Shown piece by piece: positions 40,060 to 53,269 of a stretch of 53,269 nucleotides of DNA. Under the pieces are notes generated by a model, which saw nothing but the letters and a program-made list of their open reading frames with translations, ran no database searches and was not told where the DNA came from. Source of the stretch: Nanobdellota archaeon (GTDB taxonomy: Archaea > Nanobdellota > Nanobdellia > Woesearchaeales > JACQSR01). The translations under genes were made by a program, and so were the position numbers. Each line of letters starts with the position of its first letter. The first letter of the stretch is position 1. The stretch is taken from assembly GCA_042577505.1 (NCBI GenBank), contig JBHPEA010000003.1, positions 1 to 53,269 of the forward strand. The letters are read 5' to 3'.

Positions 40060-40722
40060 ATGAATCCAAACGACGTAAAAGATAAAATCCCTAAAAAGAT
40101 GTTCCCTATTCTCGACTCTGAGATCAAAGAGTTTCGACCCGCACAACAGAAATCAATTGAAAATGGACTATTAGACGGAAAGAATATCCTTGTATGCACC
40201 CCTACTGCATCTGGGAAAACCCTAATTGCTGAACTTGGTGCATATAAATCAATATTAGATAAAAGTAACAAAACTATCTATATTGTACCTTTAAAGGCAT
40301 TAGCATCCGAAAAACACAAAGAATTTACAAAGAAATATGGGGATGTATCTAAAATTGCATTATCTATTGGAGATAAGGATTCTTCTGATACATATCTGAA
40401 TGATTATGATCTAATTATAACAACATCAGAAAAACTAGATAGTCTTATAAGGCACCATGCTCCATGGATAAATTCAGTAGGATGTATTATTATAGACGAA
40501 ATCCACCTGCTCAATGATCCCTCAAGAGGACCAACTTTAGAAATAATTATTACTATTCTAAGAAAATTGATACCAAATGCTCAGATAATTGGACTTTCTG
40601 CAACTATTGGTAATCCAGAAGAACTTGCTGAATGGCTTAATGCAACTCTAATCAAAGATGACTGGAGACCAGTAAAGTTAGAAAAAGGGATTTATTTTGA
40701 AAACCAAATAGAATTCGATTAA
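40060..40722 (+). CDS. Hel308/Ski2-like helicase, first RecA-like domain only
   Basis: Q motif FRPAQ, PTASGKT, VPLKALA, TSEK, DEIH, SAT, WRPV, then stop. No motifs IV-VI. TATA at 40031-40038 favours ATG 40060. Confidence 0.82.
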   Translation: MNPNDVKDKIPKKMFPILDSEIKEFRPAQQKSIENGLLDGKNILVCTPTASGKTLIAELGAYKSILDKSNKTIYIVPLKALASEKHKEFTKKYGDVSKIALSIGDKDSSDTYLNDYDLIITTSEKLDSLIRHHAPWINSVGCIIIDEIHLLNDPSRGPTLEIIITILRKLIPNAQIIGLSATIGNPEELAEWLNATLIKDDWRPVKLEKGIYFENQIEFD

Positions 40723-41891
40723 GTTAATCCCAATCCTTTCATAATAATATTGGAATCAAAAACTTTTAAATCCTCATATTCCTGACCAACTCCAATAAAT
40801 ATTATCGGCTTATTTGTAACATTACCAATCGAAACAGCTGTCCCTCCTTTTTCATCAACATCTGCTTTCGATAATATTACCCCATCAAGTCCAATTGTAC
40901 TGTTAAATGTTTTAGCTTGCTCAACACAATCATTACCAGTTATACTTTCTCCGACAAATAATTTCATATCTGGATTAGCGACTCTGATTATCTTCTTCAT
41001 TTCATCCAATAGATTTTTATTTGAATGTAATCTACCAGCAGTATCGATAAGCACAACATCTAAATTTTTTGATTTTGCATGCTGAATTGCGTCAAATGCA
41101 ACTGCCGCTGGATCTGCTCCGTAATCATGTTTAATTATTTTTACACCCAATTTTTTTGCATGATGTTCCAGTTGATCTATTGCAGCTGCTCTAAATGTAT
41201 CTGATGCAGCCAGAACACAACTTAAATTATTATTCTGTAAATATTTTGCAACTTTAGCGATGGTAGTAGTCTTACCAGATCCATTAATGCCAACAAAACA
41301 AATAATATACGGTTTTTTTGATTTTACTGTTTCAAGAAAATCTATCTTTTCAGTTCTAAGAACATCTTCAATCGTATTTTTTAGTGTTTCCAGTATTGTT
41401 TCTTCAATCTTTCCACGTTTTACCACCTGATTTACAAGTGTCTTCGATAAATCACCCTTTATTCTATCAATAACTTCCACTGCAACATTATTTTCCAATA
41501 AAACCAATTCAAGTTCGTTAAATGACTCTTCAAACTCATTTTCAGATATTGATGTAGATGTAATTTTTTCTTTTAATTTCGAAAAAACTCCTTTCTTTTC
41601 TTCAACAGGTTCTTCAACCTTCTTTTCCTCTTTAACTGGAGCTTCTTCTTTTTCCTTGATCACTTCTTGGACTTGAGGTTCTTCTACCTCTTCAGTAACT
41701 TCCTTTTTTTCTTCTACCTTCTGTTCTTCAACTATTTCCTTTTTTTCTTCAACAACCTTTTCAATAGGTTCTTTGATTTCTTGTATCTTTTCCTCAACTT
41801 TCTCTGCTTTTTCCTTTGCTTCTCCAGTCTCTAATTTACTAGAAATCTTAGAAACAGCATTTTTTATTTTTTCCTTAAGAAATGAAAACAT
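40719..41891 (-). CDS. ftsY: Signal recognition particle receptor FtsY
   Basis: Acidic/E-K-rich A domain, GINGSGKTTTIAK, DTFRAAA, DTAGR, KGG, GVGQ.Y.DL. Confidence 0.97.
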   Translation of the reverse strand: MFSFLKEKIKNAVSKISSKLETGEAKEKAEKVEEKIQEIKEPIEKVVEEKKEIVEEQKVEEKKEVTEEVEEPQVQEVIKEKEEAPVKEEKKVEEPVEEKKGVFSKLKEKITSTSISENEFEESFNELELVLLENNVAVEVIDRIKGDLSKTLVNQVVKRGKIEETILETLKNTIEDVLRTEKIDFLETVKSKKPYIICFVGINGSGKTTTIAKVAKYLQNNNLSCVLAASDTFRAAAIDQLEHHAKKLGVKIIKHDYGADPAAVAFDAIQHAKSKNLDVVLIDTAGRLHSNKNLLDEMKKIIRVANPDMKLFVGESITGNDCVEQAKTFNSTIGLDGVILSKADVDEKGGTAVSIGNVTNKPIIFIGVGQEYEDLKVFDSNIIMKGLGLT

Positions 41892-41892
41892 C

Positions 41893-42318
41893 TTAATTCA
41901 TATCAGCAGCTAGTTCGCTGATCTCCTTTTCTAAGTTAGAAGCATATTTAACGACTTGTTGGAATTGTTCTACCATTTGCTCCTGCGCAACCTTTAATTC
42001 CTCTAATTGTTTCTTCAAAAGTTTTGAGGTACCATCAATATCTTTTTCCACTACAACATCCGCTCCTACATTTATTAGTAATTTTTGCTCTTTCTTTAAG
42101 GTAGCTTTTGTAAAAATTCCATTCTGAAGAGGAACTAAAATCTCAGAACTATCTTTTATCTCTTGAAAATCATCTAATCCGCTTATAGTAGACATTAATT
42201 CTGTCATCTGTTGTTCCATAACCTTAAGATGATTTTGAACATTTGAAATTTGTTGCTCAACCAACTTCATTTCTACATACTTTTTTTGTAATTCTTCTTT
42301 CTTTTCCATTTTAATCAT
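41893..42318 (-). CDS. pfdA: Prefoldin alpha subunit
   Basis: Coiled coil, EILVPL..GIF..LINVGADVVVEK beta hairpins, coiled coil; conserved position upstream of ftsY. Confidence 0.92.
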   Translation of the reverse strand: MIKMEKKEELQKKYVEMKLVEQQISNVQNHLKVMEQQMTELMSTISGLDDFQEIKDSSEILVPLQNGIFTKATLKKEQKLLINVGADVVVEKDIDGTSKLLKKQLEELKVAQEQMVEQFQQVVKYASNLEKEISELAADMN

Positions 42319-43286
42319 TTCTTTAGGGACATTTGTTTATATAAATTATCAAACATTACTCCCATAGGTTCTCTTTCGTTAATAGTTTTTAACGTATCTG
42401 CAATTAATGGCGCTAAAGATATAACCTTAATTTTATCTATCTTATTCTCTTCAGGAAGTTCTATAGAATTTGAAATAATAACTTCCTTAATGGGTGCTTT
42501 TTCAAGACGTTCAATTGCAGGTCCCGATAATACACCATGTGTTGCACAAACATAAATATCTTTAGCCCCCCTTTTCTTCAACTCTTCGGCTCCAAGAGTT
42601 ATTGTTCCAGCAGTGTCAATCATATCATCAACCATAATTACATTTTTATCCTTTACATCCCCAATGATATTCATTACCTGAGCATGATTTTGTCTTGGTC
42701 TTCTCTTATCGATCATAGCAATGTTACAATCAAGTTGTTTAGAAAATTCTCTTGCTCTAGCAGCTCCGCCTGCATCAGGACTTACAACAACAACATCTCT
42801 CAGTTTTTTCTCCATTATGTACTCAACAAAAAGTGGCATGCATTCTAAATTATCAATTGGAATATCAAAGAATCCTTGAATCTGAATTACATGTAGATCA
42901 AAAGTTATTAATTTGCTTAATCCTGCTTTAGTCAACAAATTAGCCACTAATTTTGCTGTTATTGGTTCCCTTGGAATTATCTTTTTTTCTTGTCTTGCAT
43001 ATCCAAAATAAGGAATCACTCCAATTATCTCTTTTGAAGAAGCCCTCTTTAATGCATCTATTAATATCAATAATTCCATTAAATTCTCATTAACTGGTTT
43101 AGATGTAGACTGAACAACAAAAACATTACATCCCCTTACACTTTCATTAACTCTTACATACGTCTCTCCATCAGCGAAATTCTTTATTGAAAGGGGGCAT
43201 AGAGGTACACCTAAATTTTTTGATATATCCTGAGCTAAACTCATATTCGATGTTCCACTAATCAACTTAACATGGCTTTTGTCCAT
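42315..43286 (-). CDS. prs: Ribose-phosphate pyrophosphokinase (class I-like)
   Basis: FADGE, PYFGYARQ, DLH..QIQGFF, VSPDAGG, DDMIDTAGT. Start set at ATG 43286. Confidence 0.96.
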   Translation of the reverse strand: MDKSHVKLISGTSNMSLAQDISKNLGVPLCPLSIKNFADGETYVRVNESVRGCNVFVVQSTSKPVNENLMELLILIDALKRASSKEIIGVIPYFGYARQEKKIIPREPITAKLVANLLTKAGLSKLITFDLHVIQIQGFFDIPIDNLECMPLFVEYIMEKKLRDVVVVSPDAGGAARAREFSKQLDCNIAMIDKRRPRQNHAQVMNIIGDVKDKNVIMVDDMIDTAGTITLGAEELKKRGAKDIYVCATHGVLSGPAIERLEKAPIKEVIISNSIELPEENKIDKIKVISLAPLIADTLKTINEREPMGVMFDNLYKQMSLKK

Positions 43287-43368
43287 ATATATCCGTGATC
43301 CAGGAGCCTTTAAAAAAGTTATCAATGTAACATAATATATTTATATAGGACATAAGATCTATAGGAAA

Positions 43369-44442
43369 ATGGAAAAAATAAATGTAGGTATATTAGGGGC
43401 TACTGGAATGGTTGGTCAACGCTTTATCTCTTTATTAGACAATCATCCATGGTTTAACGTAACAACATTAGCTGCATCACCAAGATCTTCAAATAAATCC
43501 TACAGTCAAGCAGTAGAAGAAAGGTGGTCATTAAAATCGCCAATTCCTGAAAGTGTCAAAGGAATAAATGTACAAATAGTAGAAGATGATTTAAAATCTA
43601 TTGCAGACAACGTAGATTTGGTTTTTTCTGCTTTAGATATGGACAAAGAAAAAATTAGAGAAATTGAAAATAACTATGCAAAGGAGGGTGTTGCGGTTGT
43701 TTCGAATAATTCCGCTCATAGATGGACTGATGATGTCCCCATGATCATGCCGGAAGTAAACTCTCATCATGCAGAGTTAATAAAAATACAAAGAGAAAAT
43801 AGAAATTGGACTGGACTAATTGCAGTAAAGCCAAACTGTTCTATTCAATCCTATGTTCCACCTATTGATGCACTTAAAACTTTTATTCCAAAGAGGATTT
43901 TGGTTACAACATTACAAGCTATATCTGGAGCAGGAAAAACTTTTGAAAGTTGGCCAGAGATGGTTGATAATGTTATTCCATTTATTGGTGGAGAAGAAGG
44001 TAAATCCGAAAAAGAACCGATGAGGATATGGGGGAATATCCAAAATGGGAAGATTGAGTTAGCAACTCAACCAGAAGTATCTGCTACATGTATTAGGGTA
44101 CCTGCATCTGATGGTCATATGGCAAGTGTTTCAGTTGAATTTGAAAATAGCCCCTCAAAAGAACAAATTATTGAAGCGTGGAGCAACTTTAAAAATCCGA
44201 TTCAAGAACTTAATTTACCCTCAGCACCTAATCCTTGTCTAAAATATTTTGATGAAGAAGACAGGCCCCAAACTAAATTAGATCGAGATTTTCAAAATGG
44301 AATGGGTATAACTATGGGTAGATTGAGAGAAGATCCCTTGTTTCAATGGAAATTCGTATGTTTATCTCATAACACCGTCAGAGGGGCTGCAGGAGGAGCT
44401 GTTTTAGTAGCTGAACTTCTAAAATCTAAAGGATATTTCTAA
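43369..44442 (+). CDS. asd: Aspartate-semialdehyde dehydrogenase
   Basis: GATGMVGQ, PEVN, PNCS (catalytic Cys), QAISGAG, HNTVRGAAGG. Confidence 0.96.
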   Translation: MEKINVGILGATGMVGQRFISLLDNHPWFNVTTLAASPRSSNKSYSQAVEERWSLKSPIPESVKGINVQIVEDDLKSIADNVDLVFSALDMDKEKIREIENNYAKEGVAVVSNNSAHRWTDDVPMIMPEVNSHHAELIKIQRENRNWTGLIAVKPNCSIQSYVPPIDALKTFIPKRILVTTLQAISGAGKTFESWPEMVDNVIPFIGGEEGKSEKEPMRIWGNIQNGKIELATQPEVSATCIRVPASDGHMASVSVEFENSPSKEQIIEAWSNFKNPIQELNLPSAPNPCLKYFDEEDRPQTKLDRDFQNGMGITMGRLREDPLFQWKFVCLSHNTVRGAAGGAVLVAELLKSKGYF

Positions 44443-44497
44443 AAAAAGGTTAAAGTTTAAATACCACCTAGCAGTTGACATTTAGTGATTAATACAT

Positions 44498-44847
44498 ATG
44501 GTAAAAACCACTAAAATCAATGGTAAAATTGTTATTGGATTAGTTGAACAAGTTAAAATAAATAACAAATCCAAAACACATTCATGTCTGGCAAGAATTG
44601 ATACCGGTGCTACAAAAAGTTCTATTGATTCTAATTTGGCTAAAGATCTAGAACTGGGACCAATAGTTGCTTCTAAGCTTGTAAGATCTGCTCATGGAAA
44701 AAAAAGAAGACCTGTTATAATGGTTAAAATCGAGTTGACAGGAAAAAATATCGAAGAAGAATTTACCATAGCAGATAGAAGTCACATGAAATATCCGGTA
44801 TTAATTGGGCAAAATATTCTCAAAGACTTCATAATTGATCCTTCAAA

Positions 44848-44851
<4 letters not shown>
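44498..44851 (+). CDS. RimB-like retropepsin-fold protease (RimK-associated)
   Basis: ARIDTGA..SSID, RRPV, FTIADRSHMKYPVLIG; ATGA-coupled to rimK. Confidence 0.82.
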
Positions 44852-48859
<4,008 letters not shown>

Positions 48860-48863
<4 letters not shown>

Positions 48864-49330
48864 TCTTCTTCACATTCTTCAACTAACTCTTCTATATTAT
48901 CTTCAGAAACCGTAATAATTTCTTCTTCTTCCTCAGCTTCAGCTAACTCATAATTTTCTTCTTCTGAAAAAGAATATTCTAGTTCCTCTTCAGTAGGCAA
49001 TTCATAAATAGCAAATTCGTAATTTGGAGTATATTTTTCCTCATCCTCTTCACTCAAATAATCTTCTCCACCTCTTAAGGAAATACCAATTTCTTCTTGC
49101 AAATACTGCTCAAATAATGGCATAGTATTCAGTTCAGCATTAGGATCTAGAAATGCCCAAGGATCCTCAGGATCACTATCATCTATAAAATTTACTCCTT
49201 CAATAATATCTATCTTTTCTTCCAAAGAATTATTACCAAACGTTCTTAGAATTTTTGTTATGTCTTGTCTATTGGAGCTATATCTATCAGAAGGACTATT
49301 GTACTGTTCCACCCCAATTGTATCTTGCAT
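48860..49330 (-). CDS. Very acidic hypothetical protein
   Basis: Glu-rich C-terminal half; no signal peptide; no family recognised. Confidence 0.65.
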
Positions 49331-49451
49331 TTTTACGCATAACTTTCAGACCTATTTTCGGTTTTTAAGCATCCATTTAAAAAGCTTTCGGAAAAAGAAA
49401 TTGAGGTTTTATACACAAAGATATTTAAATATCAACTACTAAGTTTGTCCT

Positions 49452-49652
49452 ATGGCAGGAGCAGAAACAGTAAATTGGATTTTTTTCATACTTCTCCCTT
49501 TAATTATTTGGGAAGCGGTATGGAAAGGAATTGCTCTTTGGAAATCTGGAAGGAATAAACAATTACCATGGTTCGTTTGTATTTTTATTTTCAACACGGT
49601 TGGAATATTACCAATAGTTTATCTTTTATTCTTTCAGAAAAAAAAGAGGTAA
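49452..49652 (+). CDS. Small 2-TM membrane protein (DUF5652-like)
   Basis: W..VWKGIALWKSGRNKQ..WF..FNTVGILPI.Y motif; TATA-like TTTAAATA upstream. Confidence 0.8.
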   Translation: MAGAETVNWIFFILLPLIIWEAVWKGIALWKSGRNKQLPWFVCIFIFNTVGILPIVYLLFFQKKKR

Positions 49653-49655
49653 GAC

Positions 49656-49669
49656 TTTTTCTTTTTTTT
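49656..49669 (+). terminator. Oligo-T archaeal terminator candidate
   Basis: TTTTTCTTTTTTTT starting 3 nt after the stop codon. Confidence 0.5.
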
Positions 49670-49726
49670 ATTTTAAAATAAAAAGCTTTAAATACTTTTA
49701 ATTCGAAGAGCAATTCTAATTAAAAA

Positions 49727-49819
49727 ATGGGGTTGGTTAAGTATAGTTTAAAGAGGGGTTGGTGCATAGATTCTTTTAGTCTAAGTTCTGGCTGTCTTCT
49801 TCGACTTAATTCTCCCCGT
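49727..49819 (+). promoter_or_regulatory. Structured 5' leader (long imperfect hairpin) upstream of the giant fibre gene
   Basis: ATGGGGTTGGTTAAGT (49727-49742) pairs with ACTTAATTCTCCCCGT (49804-49819); inner hairpin TAGATT-CTTTT-AGTCTA; TTTAAATA at 49687-49694. Confidence 0.5.
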
Positions 49820-49851
49820 CCAAATTATTTTCAATAAAAAGAGGTACAACA

Positions 49852-52800
49852 ATGGGAGCAAGACATACGACCGGGACTAAATTACTACTAATTCTGGTGA
49901 TGTCTTTCGTATTCGTTTTAACTCTTAGCGTCAGCTCTATCGCAACTTTGAATGTTTCACTTTCTGATCAAGGAACCGGTGTAAGAAATAAAACATCTGG
50001 ACAACTATTAGAAACTGGAAACATAACTATAGAAATATATGAAACACTTTCTGGTGGAAGTGCAATTTATTCTCAAACATTTGCTAATGGTATTGTGAAT
50101 GGTTCTTGGAATGTCATGTTGGGTGAAACAACCGGACTACCTCTTGAATATGGAAAAGTGTACTATCGTGCTTACGAAATAAATGGGGAAGCTGCTTCTT
50201 TTACAAATGGTACTGGTGGTACTGTTGGTAGACAATATTTCTACGCACCACTTGGTGATATAAATGGAACTAACATTATTGATGGAACAATTGATGGAAC
50301 CGAAATAACCGACAATTCCATTACTGGATCTGATATCAACAATCAAACAAACTTAACACTTGGAGAAAAAATCTCATTTACACTTGGAGGAATTGTAGAC
50401 AATATTCTTAATGGTTGGGTAGCAATCACAGGAAACGCTAGTGTTTCTGGTGACTTAAATGTTACAGGAGACATTAATGTTAACGGAAATATGAACTTCC
50501 AAAATATTTCTGGAAACGATGCAACTTTTACTACATTAACTGTTACTGGTACTTCTAACCTAAGTAATGTTATAATAAGTAACGTTGAAATTGATACAAA
50601 TAACATTAGTGTTAATGAAATATCTTCAAAGGGATCTGATTTAATTATATCAAACAATAATGCAGCAACTGATATAGCAACATTTACTGAAAGTGGAAGA
50701 GTTGGAATTGGAACTGATGCTCCCAATGGAACCCTTCATGTAATTGGAAATTCAATTTTAGTTGCAAACTTTACTAATCAGACAGGAAATTCAGTTATAG
50801 GAATTGGTGGAGCTGCAATTGCATATACACAAGGAGGTCTACAATTAACACCTTCATTAGGAGGTAATGGACTTTTCATTGAATCGGATGGAAACGTTTC
50901 TCTTGATGCAGCATTTGAAATGTTTGATACTAATGAAAATTACACACGGTTCATAACTGGGGTTCAAGACGGATCAATTGTATATACATTACCAATAACT
51001 GCGCCTACTGACGGTCAGGTTTTAGCAGCTAATTCATCTGGTGAAATGTTCTGGACTACAGACGATGAATCTGCATATTTAATAAATGGAACAGATGCAA
51101 ACTTCACAAATCTATGGGTAACTGGAACTTCTTATCTTAGCAATGTAACAGTTAATTCAGACAACATTACTGTCAATGAAATACATTCAAGAGATGGAAA
51201 TTTAACATTCTTTGATGCTGCTGGTTACGAACAGATGAGAGTAACTGATGACGGCAAAGTTGGAATTGGAACATCATCCCCTAATGGTTTACTGCATGTC
51301 TACGAAGATAGTAGCGCACGGGCAAATATTACAATGCAAAATCCAAATTCAAGCGGAGGCGCCATGTTAAATTTAGAAAGTGATACTGGAAGTGCATACC
51401 TAAGCATGGTTGGATCTAATTATCCTATGTCAATAGTTGCTAATCGAGGTCTACTTAATGTTGATAATGCTGCCGATGGATTAATTTTTCACCCAGGAAA
51501 TACTGGTAATATAATTTTCGCAACCGGTAACTTGTGGAATCAAAGTATGAATATTGAAAGTGACGGAAAAGTTGGTATTAACACTTCAACACCAAGCCAT
51601 ACATTAAATGTCAAAGGGGATGCTAACATTACTGGCAATCTTATTGTCGGTAATTCAGTGATCAGCGACCTTAACGTCACAGGAGATCTTCGAGTAGATG
51701 GTGTTTCATACCTAAGCAATGTAACAGTTAATTCAGATAACATTACTGTAAACAAAGTTATCTCAAGAGATGGTAACCTATCATTCTATGATAACGCTGG
51801 TACTGAAAACGTTAGATTTACAGAAGATGGTAGGGTCGGTATTGGTACAACAGCACCCGACGCCCATTTACATGTTCAGAAAAGTGCAGAAGAGGTTTTA
51901 GTTGCGATTAAAAACACACTCGATGGATTTACTTCATCTGCTTCATTAGATATCTACAATGCTGATGATGATTATGTGCGTCTTGGTATATTCTCACGGA
52001 ATAATTCAGATACTCCACCAATTTTTCAAAACAGATCAGTCTTAACTAGTAATGCGCCAAGTGGAATGATATTTGCTTCCAGGGGAGCATCACCAGATAT
52101 TGTATTCACACAAGGTACTTTCACTGAAAGAATGAGAATTGATAGCAATGGTCAATTAGGAATAGGGACCGCATCCCCTACTGAACTATTAGATGTAAAT
52201 GGTAGTGTTAATGTATCAGGAACCCTCTACGCAAACAACGTAAGTTCCAATTCACCATTAAGATTACAGACTGGTGGAACTACAAGATTATTCATTAACG
52301 ATACAGGACGCATTGCAATTGGAAAAGAAATTACATCCGAATTCATTGATATACAAGGAACCACTAACGATCCAAATGATGATCAGTTAACTATGAAATT
52401 ATTCAATACAAATTCATCAGGAATCGCATTGTACAGAGCAACTGCTGGTCAAGATTATGGGGTTGTTTTTGCCCATGCTGGAGCGGATTATGGATTTGGA
52501 TCTTTCGCAAACAAAGGTATGGTAATGAGTGAAAGATTAAGTGAGGGCTTATTATTAACTGCTGATAACGGAACTATAACATTTATGGCAGGAGATACTG
52601 GTACGTATCCAGAGAGGGCATTCATTGCAAAAACCGGTCAATTTGGTATCAACACAACCTCTCCAACCCACACACTTCACGTCAATGGTTCTGCAAACAT
52701 TTCTGGAACATTGTACACAGGCACTACTGTATCAAGTGGTTTAACTGTTGAAGGAGACTTAAACGTAACTGGGGTTTCATACCTAAGCAACGTTACAGTT

Positions 52801-53269
52801 AATGCTGATAACATCACTGTAAATGAAGTTCATTCTAGAGACGGTAACTTATCATTCTATGATAACCAAGGTAACCTAACAATTCACATAAACGAAACAA
52901 AGGGATCCGTTGGAATCGGTGCTCCATCTGTTAGATACCCACTTGAAGTTATTGGTGATGTAAATGATAATCACTTCCTAGCAATCAGAAACGCAAACAA
53001 TGGAGCTAGCGCAACATCAATGGTTGAAACCTCATTAGATAGTGGAATAGCTAATTTCGGTATAGCGTCAGAAAGTTTTGCTGCACCATTAATGCAAAAT
53101 AGAGGAATAATTTATGCACATTCTGGTGCGAATGGTATATCGCTTATTGCAGACAATGTTAGTGCAGATATTAAGTTTGCTACCGGTGGACAAAATGAAA
53201 GGATGGTAATTGATTCTGATGGAAATATTGGAATTAACAATAGTGATCCACAGAAACTATTATCTATTT
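49852..53269 (+). CDS. Giant secreted tail-fibre-like repeat protein (3'-partial, >1139 aa)
   Basis: My translation from ATG 49852 (SD GAGGT) stays open to the window end. Signal peptide MGARHTTGTKLLLILVMSFVFVLTLSVSSIA; nine G-x-[VILF]-[GA]-I-[GN] repeats; many N-x-S/T sequons. Not in the ORF track because it has no stop in the window. Confidence 0.9.
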   Translation, partial: MGARHTTGTKLLLILVMSFVFVLTLSVSSIATLNVSLSDQGTGVRNKTSGQLLETGNITIEIYETLSGGSAIYSQTFANGIVNGSWNVMLGETTGLPLEYGKVYYRAYEINGEAASFTNGTGGTVGRQYFYAPLGDINGTNIIDGTIDGTEITDNSITGSDINNQTNLTLGEKISFTLGGIVDNILNGWVAITGNASVSGDLNVTGDINVNGNMNFQNISGNDATFTTLTVTGTSNLSNVIISNVEIDTNNISVNEISSKGSDLIISNNNAATDIATFTESGRVGIGTDAPNGTLHVIGNSILVANFTNQTGNSVIGIGGAAIAYTQGGLQLTPSLGGNGLFIESDGNVSLDAAFEMFDTNENYTRFITGVQDGSIVYTLPITAPTDGQVLAANSSGEMFWTTDDESAYLINGTDANFTNLWVTGTSYLSNVTVNSDNITVNEIHSRDGNLTFFDAAGYEQMRVTDDGKVGIGTSSPNGLLHVYEDSSARANITMQNPNSSGGAMLNLESDTGSAYLSMVGSNYPMSIVANRGLLNVDNAADGLIFHPGNTGNIIFATGNLWNQSMNIESDGKVGINTSTPSHTLNVKGDANITGNLIVGNSVISDLNVTGDLRVDGVSYLSNVTVNSDNITVNKVISRDGNLSFYDNAGTENVRFTEDGRVGIGTTAPDAHLHVQKSAEEVLVAIKNTLDGFTSSASLDIYNADDDYVRLGIFSRNNSDTPPIFQNRSVLTSNAPSGMIFASRGASPDIVFTQGTFTERMRIDSNGQLGIGTASPTELLDVNGSVNVSGTLYANNVSSNSPLRLQTGGTTRLFINDTGRIAIGKEITSEFIDIQGTTNDPNDDQLTMKLFNTNSSGIALYRATAGQDYGVVFAHAGADYGFGSFANKGMVMSERLSEGLLLTADNGTITFMAGDTGTYPERAFIAKTGQFGINTTSPTHTLHVNGSANISGTLYTGTTVSSGLTVEGDLNVTGVSYLSNVTVNADNITVNEVHSRDGNLSFYDNQGNLTIHINETKGSVGIGAPSVRYPLEVIGDVNDNHFLAIRNANNGASATSMVETSLDSGIANFGIASESFAAPLMQNRGIIYAHSGANGISLIADNVSADIKFATGGQNERMVIDSDGNIGINNSDPQKLLSI
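51130..52866 (+). repeat. Three dispersed ~90-bp intragenic repeats encoding SYLSNVTVN[SA]DNITVN..[HI]SRDGNL[ST]F[FY]D
   Basis: Copies start at 51130, 51706 and 52777; a degenerate fourth copy lies near 50550. Confidence 0.85.

Noticed and set aside
41590-41830. Low-complexity repeats in ftsY as a tandem repeat or array
   Set aside because: They encode the normal E/K-rich acidic A domain of FtsY.
50137-51755. Three minus-strand ORFs (50137-50346, 50343-50726, 51540-51755)
   Set aside because: Shadows of the long plus-strand fibre ORF, which has an SD, a signal peptide and coherent repeats.

Overview
AT-rich, gene-dense archaeal chromosomal segment. It has EF-1alpha/EF-2, proteasome beta, aCPSF1, prefoldin, a BHB-intron tRNA and BRE/TATA promoters. 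Gene content and protein style suggest a DPANN archaeon, probably Woesearchaeota-like (inference, no phylogeny run). Housekeeping blocks are trmB-psmB-aCPSF1, map-fusA-tuf-rpsJ, tRNA-Ser(UGA) with a 36-nt intron, ileS, carAB-pyrBI, prs-pfdA-ftsY, asd, purA/purF and a partial aspartokinase. Accessory loci lie between them: (i) a >1139-aa secreted, tail-fibre-like repeat protein running off the right end, absent from the supplied ORF track and preceded by a structured 5' leader; (ii) a translationally coupled five-gene operon (RND/MMPL transporter, Ig-like surface protein, orphan ECF S-component, 7TM protein, MinD-like ATPase fused to an archaeal wHTH); (iii) a pair of orphan helical membrane proteins plus a CBS protein, divergent from a tandem Lrp regulator with a 35-bp palindrome between them; (iv) a divergent, N-terminally extended citrate synthase; (v) a stand-alone first domain of a Hel308-like helicase; (vi) a RimB-like/RimK pair; (vii) two U32 Fe-S hydroxylases. 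Several orphan proteins share an N-terminal [LI][ED]xx[LIVM] motif. I found no CRISPR array, rRNA, integrase or transposase. All family calls come from motif recognition by eye, not database searches.
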